Shown here piece by piece: positions 50,036-64,000 of a stretch of 64,000 nucleotides of DNA; position 1 is the first letter of the stretch; each line of letters opens with the position of its first letter. The stretch is taken from assembly GCA_030141605.1 (NCBI GenBank), contig JAQGDQ010000230.1, forward strand, positions 124,001 to 188,000. Reading direction: 5' to 3'. The notes below the pieces were generated by a model, which was given only the letters and a program-made list of their open reading frames with translations, did no database searches and was not told where the DNA came from. The translations under genes were made by a program, and so were the position numbers. Source of the DNA: Tubiluchus corallicola (Eukaryota > Animalia > Priapulida).

Positions 50036-53000
50036 TATTACTATTTTAATTGGCAAATCTGCATATTAATTAACAAGGCCAGGCTCCTTTTGTGCGTGCT
50101 CCCTACAAAGCGGGTCTCATGTTATGCACCTATGATTACAGGGCTTCATCATAATTATATATAGGTGGTGGCCAATAATAGTAACGAACATTTATATCGA
50201 TTCGAACATGTGTTAGCAATTTCGTTGAAGCACGACGATTTGAAGCCAGAGACCTTTTAGCAGAAGTGGGCAAATAATTGACTTCTCGCTTTCCATTATG
50301 ACAATTACAGAGAAATCATGCTGACTAGTATTAATATAAGATCCAGTTGAAGCTGACAAGAATGCGTGGGCGTTAGCTTGCAGTTCAAGACTGGAGAAAC
50401 TGAAATCAGATCTTCTTATATGTGGTCTTATTTGTTAAGGTTGGTGGTCTGTTTTTCAAGGTTTTGAAAAATTAAAATTTCTCTGTAGCGAAGTGGCTTG
50501 CATAGTTATGCGAAATACAAAAGTTGTAAGTTCAAGTCCAGACGAGTTTTCAACTTGTTTCTACTTTATTCCGCTCACATGCTACAGTTATAATTACACG
50601 TGGATCGCTTATTTTATTCTCATACATCTATAAATTATCATTATGCATGCAGTCTCTAGTGATTTAACAGCTGCGAAGCGCCACTGTAATAATAAACGGA
50701 TTACACTTATTATCTCCTATGTTATGTTAATTACCAAATATGTTCAGTCAGGGTGAAAACAGCTGATCTTAACAAGGCACATTATACTAATGGTCAAATG
50801 GCGTGTGCATAACGTTGTGCAACATTATGTAGAAAATCAACCGTTGCTCGTGGCCTAGATTGATTTCATGGAATATTACGTTATTAGTACATTTTTGTAG
50901 GAAGCTGCACAAGACAAACTGCGGAAACTCTATTCGAAATAACGAGAAATGATATTTGGTCACTAATCAGGAAGTTATAATCTGTCCAGAACTGGTGACC
51001 CAGAATGATCACAAATTTTGCAGCTTTTATAGCAATTAATTTACTGCTGTTGGCTTGTTTACTCTTTATACAATTGTTTATTACTCTGGATAGCCACAGA
51101 TCCAAATACTGGCTGACAACCAGTTGCTGACTGACTGACTGACTGACTTCACGAAAACCAGCGTGACTAATCTGCTATATCCTTTTACTGTCTCTTATCG
51201 AAATGACTTACTCATATGATTGTTTAGAACTTTAGATAGATCCAAATACTGGTTGCCAGCAATTGCTTAACCGTGTTCGAGTTCAAACCATTAGTTGTTA
51301 GTGAGGCACCCCCTTTCTGGATTATTTTTATAATTCATGGATTACATAATGTGTTTGCTACTACATGGTTTTTTCGTTGTGACACTAAATTGTATAGTTT
51401 TTTTTGTTGCTATCGTAACCTGTATCAGTGACCATCGACGGTATAATTTCGTTCTATTGGTATAAGCATATAATGGATCGTCAAATATATGGCTACAATG
51501 CGGCTCATGTGTAGCGATCAATATTCGTGTTCACTTTATTGTAGAATAATACGGACAGGCGACACAAAGTGCTTAACAGAATCTGCACGCGCGCACCACA
51601 CTGTAAGGGACGGTCCGGGAATTTTAATAAGGAATTGGGGGCTGCAAACATATCAGATGACGAAAATGTTGGCGACTGTTTCCAAAGATAATAGCACTTG
51701 TGAACAACAAAGAAGTAGGATCAACCACCAGCATGTTCTTCTGATATCTTAGATTTAGTATATTCGTCGAATGTCTTAGTTTTTTGCAATATCGTATCTT
51801 TGCTTTTCTGGCTTGGCACAAGCACGTCTGCAGAAAGAATTTAAGGGAATTCTGCAAAAAACGCTTTTGCTTTATCAACGGTTACAAAAAGCTGTTACTT
51901 CTCTTTTTGTGTGCATTCATATAAAGCCTTTAAAAGAAGTTTTGTTTTTTTAGGTGTGTACAGGAAGAGTGCAAGAAAAACCGGAATCCGAAACCAAGAC
52001 AATTTGGGAACATCAATGAAAATTCAGTACTGAGAGCATATTGAAGTTTTTTACGTGTAGGCTATGTTATGTCAAATCAGTTGGTATTACGACAAATATA
52101 AACAACACTTAGTAGCTGCAATCTTAAAATGAACAGCCCTTGTAACTTTTAGTTAATAAGTTTTTATAGGGTAGTATGAATATAGTAACGAAAAAACAGA
52201 AATTTGTCATTAGAGATTGTAAAGAACTCACCAAAGATCGCATGTCCCACTAAAAACTTTTTACTTTATGTGTAATGGCTCTTTGTCTTGGAATTTACTA
52301 TAAGTTCGCATAGCTGTGGTTCATTATGAGCGTGTAAAAGTTGAGTTCGCGTAAAATATTTTTGTTATAATTTCGAATATAAGTCGAAAAAAACAATCTT
52401 TATGTACACAAAGAGCTTCTAAACTTTTAGCAATAGCAATGGAAAAACTAGAATGACCACTAGTAATACGTATAACTAACAAAATATTTGTAAATAATGC
52501 CCAAAAACATTTGCTTATTAAAGTTTATATTTTTTCTTTTCATGAAACTCGTGATTGTGTAAATACAGATTTTTCAATTATTATACCACATATGTCTAGC
52601 CTTCTGAAAGACTTAAACAAAAATGGGTATCTCTTATCTTATAACTCGAATACATCAAACTTCGAATACTTCCACCGTTAATTTTTTAAGCGCCATCTAA
52701 TTATGACTTCGAAATAGCACTAAGTAAAATATATTATTGTGTAAAATCCGAGGCATATATGTTTTCGATATGTTTTATTAATTTGCCCTGAAAGAGTTGA
52801 CAATTTAGTAAGTTATATATGTGACGTAACTTCTACTTTTTCCGATAGGCAATACTTTATTGGTCAACTAAACTCATTAAATTTTTAATTTTCTCGCGCC
52901 GTGTCACCAATATAAAACTTTATGTTTGCGAATTGCATAACACTTAATCTAGTCACTCGCAGTGTGAATGGTTAATTAATCAAATGTCTGACACGCTGAG

Positions 53001-55719
53001 ATAAATTTTACTATCAATCTGTGTGAAACATTTTACCGTTATTTCTTGCAGACCATTTTGTTATATTGCACAATTTACGCATGTAATAGCCTCATTAAAA
53101 CGACCATCAACCAAATCAGCTAATGAAAGAACTTACTAACAACTTGCTCCCTGTAGCAGAGCAATTCGACGAATTTATAATGCAGCGTGGGTATTTGAAA
53201 ATTGCATTATGAATATTTTATCTACGGTGAACCCCACGAGAGGTAATCACGAAAGCTGTAAACCCCAATAATCTTCACGTTGCAAATTTGAGAGCAATCA
53301 TTGACAAAAATGAACATTCGACAAATCTTTACAAACTGAAAGGATTTGCAATAGTAAATGGCCTCAAAAACAAAAAATGGAAAAAAATGAAAAAATGAAA
53401 AATATTTAAAAGTGGCAGGAAAACGAAAAATGAATTGATTAGTACGGTTGACTCAAGTGGCGCTGCCTTCGCATTTACAATATTATAACGTAGTGATTTT
53501 TTAGGGTTCATTTTAAAGCTACACGATCATTTCTATTTAAAAAAACTGTTAAAAAATTAATCGATTTGAGAACAATTGGCAATTGTAGTATAGAATTGTA
53601 GCAGTTGCGATAGTTCAAAATCTGCGATTATTGATAAAGCCGATTTGCTGCAGCTAAAAAAACATTGGCCTCTAATGTGTTGTAATTTCATAAGAAGCAT
53701 TAAAATAACACGTATACGTAAGTTTGTGACATGTTTGTAAGACGAAATCTCAATTAAAATGTATATTCAGTTAAACAGGTCACTTATCATTTCAGAGCAA
53801 TTTTATATAACTATTATGTAGTAAGAGATAATACATGTCTTATTAGTAATAATATTGGGAGCATTTGCACACGAGATTCATTGTGGATTTATGGTTGCGC
53901 TTAATGTAGCTTCTCTCACTAAAGGATTTTTTTACCCTTATGGATTGTGTTGTAATATTGAAAGTCTAATTTCAGGTTTGTTATACGCAAGAAATTGTAA
54001 CTTCAAAACATATACCTTTTTCACATGGCGAAGTAAATCGTTTTGAATTTAATTTTCAGTGTGCAGGTTATATTAAAATACAACGCTGTTGTCTTGCAAT
54101 AGTGCAAGCTTAAGTTTGCTATGATAATGTCACTTTACAATGATAGTTTGCCAGTAGGCACAGTACGTTCATTAGATAATTATAATTTGTGGCTTAATTA
54201 CTTGTAAACTGCTTACTTACTTCTTACTTCTACTTCACCAAACAGTAGTTTACTTAACTGAATACTTTAAATAATACTAAAATAATATGTATAGGCTTAT
54301 AATAGTAGTAGAGCTAGTATTAGTGGTAACTTTATTAATCTATTTAAGCCCAGTCTGTTATAACTATGTGACTCTGTGACAATCGTGCTCGTTTTGTTAA
54401 ACTCCTTTCACAAATTAAGTGAATGATTTGAAATATGACGTTAAGATAATTAATATTTTCAATGTGTTTGGATGAGTATGGTTGTAACTGTTGGCATATA
54501 AAACGTGCTGCACAAGGATATGAACGAGCGAAATATTTAATTAACATGTTCTAAGAGATGTTAAACTTAGTGGCATGTTCACACTTGTAATGCAGAATAA
54601 AATGCCGTTAAATTCTAATCTAAGTCAAATTAGCAGAATAATAGCTTCAGTATGTTTACGTATTAATGTATTTCGTGTGAACATTTCGTTAACTGAGACA
54701 AATTATTTAATGTTATATTGAAATCTTGATGCTATGGTTAAATCTAAATACATGCTGCAGTTAATTAATTTTTTAATTACATTATCAGCTGCAGCTAAAA
54801 GTGCGAAATGTAAGTGCTCATCCTGGTAATAGTGATGATATACCGTGGAATGTAATTAAAACAAATTACGTAAGTAACTTCCCAACATTCCACTTTCACA
54901 TTTATTTTTGCTGACAGTACACGTTAACATCGCCAGTTTTCTGAATTTGTTCTAAATTGCATTCCTAATTTGAATTTATAAGTGGTGGGATTTCTACTCC
55001 CATAGAAAACGAAAATGTAATATGTATTATCATGAGAGGCAGAAACGGATGGATGGCGTTATTTTTTGAAAATAAATAAATTGACCTGGTTAAAAAGATT
55101 CATGTTATCTCCAGCGAATGTAAATATTGAGCGACAAGAAAAGTTGCTGTATTATACGAAGTTGCTTTCTACTATGTAAATGTGTTCCATATCATTTCAT
55201 ATATGTATAATATAAATAAGTTTAATTTTTCTAAATAAAGTGTTTTCACAGTTTATTTGTGCCCAACGTTAGTAGCGCCTGTTTGGCGAGGGGTTGTCGT
55301 GAAAAACTTGCACTAAGAACTTTCCCGATTAAGTGTTGATGAGTATAATATGAAGTGCAAAGAGACAACATAGTGATGTGTAGTACTTACCAATAACGAG
55401 TATATTCATATTCTTGGCGGGAGAAACATTTTAGTTGTATTTAAACTCGACTTTCCAGAAGAATTTATGCAAATGCTAAAACTCGGTTTTTTCAACTGAT
55501 AATAACAACGACATTGCTTACTAAGCAGTTTTACACTGAAACATTACATTTCATTAAACATTTATCTTTAGCCTTTTTTATATTATTTTACTGGGCAAGC
55601 ACTTCAGATAAAATGAGACAATCAAGTACATATCAAAATAAACATTCGCAGGACCGAAGTGATGAAATTTGAACGATAAGACACGTACATATTTAAGACT
55701 AATAGAATAAAATAAGCGA

Positions 55720-57433
55720 TGGACATAGACATACATGCACACATAGACATAGACGTTTATTTTCTCCAGTAATGAGTCACAAGTTCCATTTTACAAGAAA
55801 CTTTACTTCATTCATGGAGATGGAGGTCATCTAGTCACTCACCCCTTATAAATTAATACTGTAATAATAGAAAAAATATAACACTGGCTGCAATTTTACT
55901 TAATTACTTAAATGGAACGATCAAAATAAAGCAATAAACAAAAACAAAAATATTAAACTAACATAACAATAGTAAAATAATAAACATTCCAGCCATTAGT
56001 GACAATGTGAAAAAGATCAAAATGCGAATCATTGCATAACAACGACGGCATAAGTGAAGAAAAAAATAATAAATAAATGCAGATGACGAATAAGTATCAC
56101 AGTAAATAGTTACGAAATAAATAAGAAAATAATAATGTTCGGCTGTTTACAAAATCCTCGGCAACAAGATAATGTACGTATGATTAAATAACTGAAAAAG
56201 AAATGCAACAGCAAAGCAGAGCAGTTAATTTATGTGAATGTAGACAAACATTTGGCTAATTAGGGCTAATTAGACATAGTCCGTACACAGAGAGTAGGTT
56301 TTGGGGAATTTTCTTAAAAACTAATTTTCATAAAAACTGTGGTAAATAAAATGAAGATGAAATTAATCGCAATGTCATAGTTCGCACAAATTTCCCATAT
56401 TTAACTAATTTGCATTGAATATTATATTCACAATTTTTTTCATGTTTTTTACCAAATAATATTAATGAGTAGTAATGTAAAAAAGCAATTACTCTAATGT
56501 TGATTCCTATCTGTCTATGGTAACGATTTTTTGTAATTTTTAGTGTGGTATTTATTTGCCCAGTAGTGATAATTCTTGGTAGAGAGTTCCATAATTGAAC
56601 TTCTTTTACTTTATCACTATTACATCCGCACCTGATTTGGAATCTCTCTACAAAAAACCAGTTACTACTAGCAGCCCTGGAATAGTGAGAATGTATTTCT
56701 GTAAGTGGCGTTAAGTGATCATTAAAAATTTCAGGCAGTAAACCCCGTTTATACTTGCACATACATTTTAGTAATTATACATTATAAATATCATAAAGTT
56801 TTAGTACCGCTAGTTGTATGAATGATGGAATAGCATCAGATTTCCCGGCAAATGTTAATAGTTTAACGATTTTATTTGATTGTGTTTTTAATGGTTTCAT
56901 TAAATTCAATGTTGATAAATACAATGTTCGCCAGGCCAAAATGCAGTAACTTAAGTATGGATATGCTAGTGATTGGTATATGAGTTTTAGAGTTGCTTGA
57001 TTAACATATTTCCTTAGTTTTAAAATGATTCCCGATACGCGGCTTAACTTGTATGTGATATGTTTGATATGTGGTCCTTATACCAACTTCTTATCAATTA
57101 ATATGCCTAAATGATTTCATGTCTTCTGTTTCACCTATTTTCCTATTGTTTATTTTTACATGAAAAGTTTGGTTGGTGTTTATTTTACTGTTAATTAACA
57201 TACATTTAGTTTTTTAAAATTATTTGATAATTGGTTAGCTTTCATCCATTTGTTTACCTTATTTAGTTCACTGTTAACTGTTTATTTAGTTCGACGATAT
57301 CAGGGTGGGACATAAACAAATTTGTGTCATCTGCAAATATGTTTGTGCGAAAATTAGTAGCATCGATTAAATCATTGATGTAAAGTAAGAATAAAAGTGG
57401 TCCGAAATTAGATCCCTGGGGGACACCACACGT
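55720..57433 (-). mobile_element. 5'-truncated, decayed CR1/L2(Crack)-type LINE: RT domain, C-terminus and 3'UTR
   Basis: TCGVPQGSNFGPLLFLLYINDL...FADDTNLF, HLGILID, YPYLSYCILAW, LWNSLP, with stops and frameshifts; 3' end AATAAAC followed by TCTATG-type tail. Confidence 0.9.
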
Positions 57434-60400
57434 TCAATCTCTGTTCAATTTCTGTTTTTGAAAACTATTCTGCAGGAGTTTTAACCCTTTAGGAGTTTAG
57501 AACGTTTACATAAACTTAAAAATAATAATTTTAATCCATTGCTATTTAATGAAAGCCGTACATAGCCAAATACCTGCTCAATGTATCAAGGTTGTTCAAA
57601 CATGCGGCAAAAATGTAGCAAACCAAAAAAGGGTGCAAGCAGAAGAATGTGAAGTACAGTCACAATTATCAAAACGTGGCTTCACGCCGGTAAGATGATT
57701 AAATGAGAGATTTATCATAATTTTTTTGTCTGAGTTTCAGAACATTATTGAACTTCTCGGAAGACAAAAGATTCTTATATTTGGCTTCGCTGAGTACATT
57801 TGACATTATCAAAGGACGAACAGTACAGTCTAATTTGCAAAAGTGACAGTCTCTCAATGTCACGGGGAGGTTAAATGTCGCTATATATAAATTCAAGGAA
57901 TCACAGCGGTTTATTTAATTCCGGGGTTCAGTTACGAGTTAATCGAAACGCGAACAACTAGTGAAGGGTAAGGGGGCATAAAAATTCAGTCGGTTTGATT
58001 ATTCGGACCTGAATGTGGTCTCAAGTTGAAATGAGGCTTTGAACCCAGCCACCTGTAACTGTAGAGCCCCGGAGGTTCTATACTTCTTGTAAGGTTTGCA
58101 GGATTATGTTGATAAAGTGACTTTTGCTTAGGACGACACCAAATCGTAGTACATGAGATTATCATCTTAAGTTTACCAGCCGAAATTGTAACGATTAAAC
58201 TACTGATTGCAACTCTTTTTAAGTCCGACAAAAAAATTTAATGTATATGTACAGAAGAGCCCCGCAGGTAACATGCCTAACAGAAACTTGTATGCAAAAA
58301 CATGACATTAGATGTCTTATTGATTATAGGTGAGCCTATTTAAGCAAAAGGCAAAACATGTTCGTGTTAGCCAGTAGAATATAACACAACTCATTTGGAA
58401 TCAACATTGCATGTCATTGCACGAGGATTGAGCACATCGTGATATTGCGTTTCTTACCCGAGGTAAACACAACGCATTTATTCAGATGGCTTCCATAAAG
58501 TAGGTCATTTGTGATGTATCAATAATTAAGCATTTGGAAACGTACTTCAACGAAAAGTAACTTTGTTCCTGCCTTGGCTTAGATTTTAACAGGTATAAAT
58601 CATGTAGGTCTAAATGACACTTATGAATAATCTACAGGACGGAATTGGTAATACAACATACGTAATTTACATTGACCGATGAGAATAATTGCAGAACATG
58701 CAGGTGTCCGAAACACGAAAACTTCACACATTAAATTTTCATTGTTTTTGTTCTGCGTGAGTGAGTGAGTGAATGAATGCTTAAAAGGTAAGTGAATCAC
58801 ATGTTAGTTAGTACATAACTTGACCACTCACGCATAGACAGTCCCTCACAAAACCAACAAAATGGACACATTCGTTCTTGTGTGTGAAGCGTTGCGAAGC
58901 TGCTTGATCTGTGTTTTATTTGATTTGTGGTATTGTGACAAGTCACATCAGTCTTATGCTCAATGCATACCAGCAGACAGACAGGCAGACAAATTTGCAC
59001 TATTATCTATTGTTAGCTTATTGACAGCTGTAAACGTGAATAACAGTTACCCACACGAACCATAAGCCAAAACCTAATCTAAATTTTATGTCTTGGAAAC
59101 AACATTCAAGCATCAAGAAAAATCGTTGTGCAGAAAACTGACCTATCATAATGGGACAATGTCAATTCTTTGTATTTAATAATGATTTGTAAAGGATGTT
59201 GACCCGCACTGTCAAGCAAACTGTTTGTAAAGGAAGAATCCCAGCTGATGATGATTATTAATGACGTGGCTTCAGCGTTGCTTGATGCGACTAATGTAAT
59301 AAGCTATAACTGCTGATTCACTCTTGCAGATCCTTGGTAATCTCAGGAGGGCTGAACTTTTAACGTGTGCTGAGAAACTGAATAATCAATTGATGCACTC
59401 ACTTTTTGGGACATTACCGTTCTAGTATGAAACTCAGGAATTCAACTTATGTGTGTAATGAACATAATACTCCGTTGATTATGTCCACACTGAAATTGCA
59501 AAATGTCACGATACCTATACAAAATTTATCAATGTCAAAATTAAAATGCAAATTAAAAAACTTGTCGAGAGTTGAGTAACTTCTTCAGCAACATCCTTCA
59601 CGTTAAGTTAAGAAATTTTTACAACTGAGAATTAAAAAAACGCGAAGATATTAATGAAAGCACTTTTTGTGATTCTAACACAAAATTGTAAATCATGCAA
59701 AGGTTCAACCGAAAAACCATTTAAGACATTTTTCGCTTTCTGCTGAGATAATATTGCATATATCACATTGTATTACATTTATTACATATTACATTTTTTG
59801 CAGAGGCTAAATTATAAAAATTATTGTACTGTAGTTGTCAGTGCCTGATAGGCCCTCTTTTTGCCAAAAAATCGCTCTTTTTGCAGGCATTGGCCAAGGC
59901 CTGTTGCCTAACTAGAAAAGAAGCAGATTGCAACTAACTTGAGAATAATATCTTTTCTTGGCTAAAACAAAAAGCAGTGGTCCGCTGGAATCAAAGTGCA
60001 AGAATTGGGTCTTTTTTAACTTGTATTTGATTTTGGGCATTAAAAAATCTACCAAAAGACAGTTTTGTAAAAATGCAGGTTGTTTACTGTGAACTTATGA
60101 GATGAGGGTGAAACATCGAAACTATAAACTCACATCTATTACAAAAGCCTCGTTATCATTGCAAGGGCTTATACGTGAGCAATATGTAAAAAGGCGGGGT
60201 GATAACGCCGAGGCTAGTTAGTAAATGCTTCATGACCGTCTGAGTTCAATACCCGTTCTGGCGGTTTCATTTTGGCCCTTTACCTCGCAGAAGAAAGATT
60301 TATATACATCCGACCGTGTCTGAGACACCTCTGCCAACCCATGGCTCATCCTAGAGGGTCAGCTGTGATAATGGGCTGGATTTCGGTTTCGCCACAAGGA

Positions 60401-61069
60401 TTTCGTTGAGTTGGCTTTGCCGCTGCATGGTGGATTCCGTTTTGTAGTGTCCGGAATTATATTACACATGCAATAATGAAAGTTTATTAGATCGTCAAGA
60501 GTGTTGTTTTATCTCGTTTATACAGAACTGATTTAACTAGAATGAATCTTCGTTTTAAAATTAATTTTGTGATTGTGTTTTCTTGCGTAAAAACTATTTT
60601 CCGTAATGGCGAATTATTAATTTTATGCAATTACATCAAATTTATGAATATTATAATTTGCTGCACGATTCTCGTTTGAAAGTGCGCAAGCTGAAAGTGC
60701 AAACGACGTGGAACGATAATTAAACTATAACGGGAAATTTCATAAATTGGATTGGAATAAAAATTAAAATCTGAAAGCAGTATTAATCACTTAGGCATCC
60801 GTGAATACCGTGATGACTAACGATAATAAAATCATACAAAAAACAAATATTTGTCTATGATGCACACACAGCGGATATAATGTAGTGAACCAACTTCAAA
60901 ATTTCTGTTATATTGAACAATGTATCGCATAGTAACTATTTGTAGAAACAAAAAGCGTTGCAAGCATTTTCAAAAATAACTAGTTCCAAGCATAGTTCTA
61001 ACAATGCAACAAGTACCCAGAATTAATTAAATTTGAAACCAAACTTGAAAAACAGAAAATTTTAAACAG

Positions 61070-62290
61070 TTGCAACCCGGCCTGGATTTGAACCAGGGAT
61101 TTTCTGCTTACAACGGATATAGATATTCAAATCCATGTTGTTCTCTACCTTTTCACATTCCTGTTCTTCATTTCCTGTGTGTGCTTGTATCGTTATTAAT
61201 AATAATTTTGATATTAGGATTATAAATAATTAATTAAATACCCACGGGATTAACAGGCTCGAAAATAATCAAAATTAAAATTAATCTCATTAGTTAGAAT
61301 AACTCTATCGTGAGCGATCAAATACTGAAAATGTTGGACTGATTGGCCATAAACATTGGATAAACATTGAGCTGTCATGATCGTTGGAAACACAGTAGTC
61401 TAGCGGCCATGTGATCTGCGTTGTAAACAGAATATCTCTGGTTCAAATTCAGGTGTTCCAACTTTTTCGCACTTCCTGTTTTTCATGTTTGGTCTAAAAT
61501 TTAATCCACTGAAGTTTATGCCGTTATTAATAATAATAATCTTGATATATGTATTATGATTATAAATAATTATGTATAAAATCAGATACAGACAGTAAAA
61601 TGCACGAAGTTGGAAACGAAAGTTATTTCTAAAGGTTGTTTTGAAAAGTAAAGTAAAAGTACGTCAGTGTTGCCTTTTATTTCAATACATACTACTGTTA
61701 AAAGGTTACAACTCAGTAGGTTGTAACCTGCTAAATAAAATAAGAAGACAGTTTTTCATGATTATTAGTCAGGAAACTTACATAATATCTGTGGCGTTGA
61801 TAAAACTTTATTTAACCGCCGGCGATGTCTTCACGGGAAGCCTTGCTATAACACTTTACTCCCACTCGTACTTGAACATGCAATGAAAAGGTGAAAGGTA
61901 CATAAAGTTCTTGGCGACAAGAGCTTTATTACCTTCGTACCTTGAATAATAAAACTGCGCTGAAAGGTTTGTAATAAATGGAAGCTATTTAAGTATTATG
62001 GTTTTCCTGCTCTTTGACATGCCGATCGCTTGCTTGTGTGCACTTGTGTAGTCACACACTTTCTGCGTTTGTTTTAAATAAAAGACTGTGTGCAATGCAT
62101 AAAAATAGAAAAAATTATTTTCTCGTAGACAGTCTTAATGTAGAAGTCACATTACAAATGACAGTGAAGTTAAATGAAGTTAAGTGAATTTTGAAAACGA
62201 ACTTGAAAAATAGGAAATATGAAAGCTAGAGCACAGTCTGTATTTGAACCAGAGAATTTCTGCTGACCCGGCAGACGACATGACCATGTC
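61070..62290. mobile_element. Cluster of related tRNA-like SINE fragments
   Basis: B-box-like GGTTCAAAT at 61440 (+), 61085-61094 (-) and 62243-62251 (-); direct repeat 61125-61235 vs 61440-61575. Confidence 0.45.
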
Positions 62291-63557
62291 GAATAACAAA
62301 TTTCTAGCTTAAACAGGTAGAACTCATGCCAGTCAGGTGAAAACAGCTTAGAGTAATCGAAACAACGTGAATTTTATACCAGAATATCAATGATACAAGA
62401 CTCACATGCGTTCGTATTATTAAACAGACATTTGAATTTATAACATGGGTACATCTGAAGTTTGATTTCAATTTATTCGAACAAACGCAAGCCATATGTA
62501 AATCGGCACTATGGATTACTAAGGAGAATAATGCTAGTAATTAGAAACATACGTTCTCTTAAACCGTGAATAAGATAGATGCTTTTGAGCAAGTTGACTG
62601 TGTTCACATTGGAAAAGTCGGTGATTCACTTTGTTGAAAAGACATCATTGCTATTTTGACTAACTTATCAGTTAACCATGACATCATTCATCGCGGCAAA
62701 ATGCGATTTGCTTCTCCCTTTACGAGGTTGTCTCGAAATCTAGGCTACATCGTAATTCTGAAAACAGATGAAAGCACATCATTTCAACCATAAAAGTCTT
62801 GAATGAGTTATGTAACGGCTGCTCCAAAAATCTTTTTAGTCGTATTTATGAATATGTTAGATGTGCTATGAATTTATAGTGACAATAACTCACACAGAGG
62901 GCGTTGTTATATAACATAGGGAGCTTTTCATTAATTTGTCAAATTTGTTTTCTGTTTCTCTTCACATTTTATTTTTAGTATATAATATCCATCGTACATT
63001 TGCTATTGTGCTATCCAAGTTTGGTCCTGTTGTGCATAATTTTTAAAACCATTAGCAAAGTAAACCTTTGTTTTGATTAAAATAATATTTTGCCTTAATT
63101 ACTTGCTTTCCTAAAAATAGGTTTTCAAATCATTTTCCTTTATCTCAATCACATTACTTTGTGCATTATTCTTAGTTGTTCATACGAAACCTCTTGTGAG
63201 GTTTCTTCATTTTCAAGACGCCTACACCCGCATCGGTGTTAGAACGACTTGCATTTAACTAACTGCCACACAGCAAAATGTCAAGCCCTTTTTGTTCGCC
63301 AAAGATAATTACACCTGAAAGGTTTTATTTTCGTATTTCTCGTGTGGCTCCGAGGATCATTATGGATTTGCTGCCATCATGCGAGCTAGCGAGCCTCCCA
63401 CGCATCATGCGTGGGTGTTTGTTATTTCAAAGGCCACTGTGAAAACCATCTTAGTAACGTGAAGCCGCGTCTCATTACAACTAATCATGGTGGCAATGAT
63501 TGTAATAAGATCACACAAGGAAAACTTTGTACATGAGAGACAGAAGGGGCAAGCCGC

Positions 63558-63789
<232 letters not shown>

Positions 63790-63796
<7 letters not shown>

Positions 63797-63962
63797 AGAG
63801 TTGTACATTTCTATGATGAACACATAAACGTAGTGGAGGCTGTCATGTGATAATTGCAAGTTTATAGAAGCGCACAAAAAAGAAAAATGAGAGTAAAAGT
63901 AGAGACCGAGACAGACTGAAATAAAGAAAAGAGTGAGGAAATAGAGGAGACGTAAAGGGACG
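63790..63962 (-). repeat. Dispersed repeat, homologous to 32345-32530
   Basis: Reverse complement aligns with 32345-32530; runs into a (CT)n tract. Confidence 0.8.
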
Positions 63963-64000
63963 ATAAGAAGGGATATGATGATAGTGTTAAGCTACCATCA

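Noticed and set aside
51489-52045. Exon-like segments after acceptors at 51544 and 51953
   Set aside because: All frames close quickly and no protein family is recognisable

Overview
AT-rich, microsatellite-rich genomic DNA from an invertebrate animal (likely bilaterian; inferred from GT-AG introns and eag sequence). Three co-oriented + strand genes can be reconstructed by hand. (1) An ether-a-go-go (eag/KCNH1-KCNH5-type) voltage-gated K+ channel with 11 coding exons between 391 and 25100; exon 1 lies upstream of the window and all splice phases are consistent. (2) A complete 7-exon, 324-aa PLP-dependent serine racemase/threonine dehydratase-family gene (26993-35938), mostly invisible in the ORF track, with unusual active-site substitutions (S-R-G-N-F, SGGC). 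(3) A 274-aa secreted, highly acidic, Tyr-rich orphan protein (44490-45314) with dibasic sites and a cluster of CRE sites just upstream, resembling a granin/prohormone-like precursor. The remainder is repeats: an internally deleted Tc1 element, CR1/L2-type LINE relics, MITEs, a duplicated tRNA-His-like unit hit by two nested insertions, an 82-bp near-perfect palindrome and many long microsatellites. No CRISPR or prokaryotic features. All calls come from manual reading; no database searches were run.
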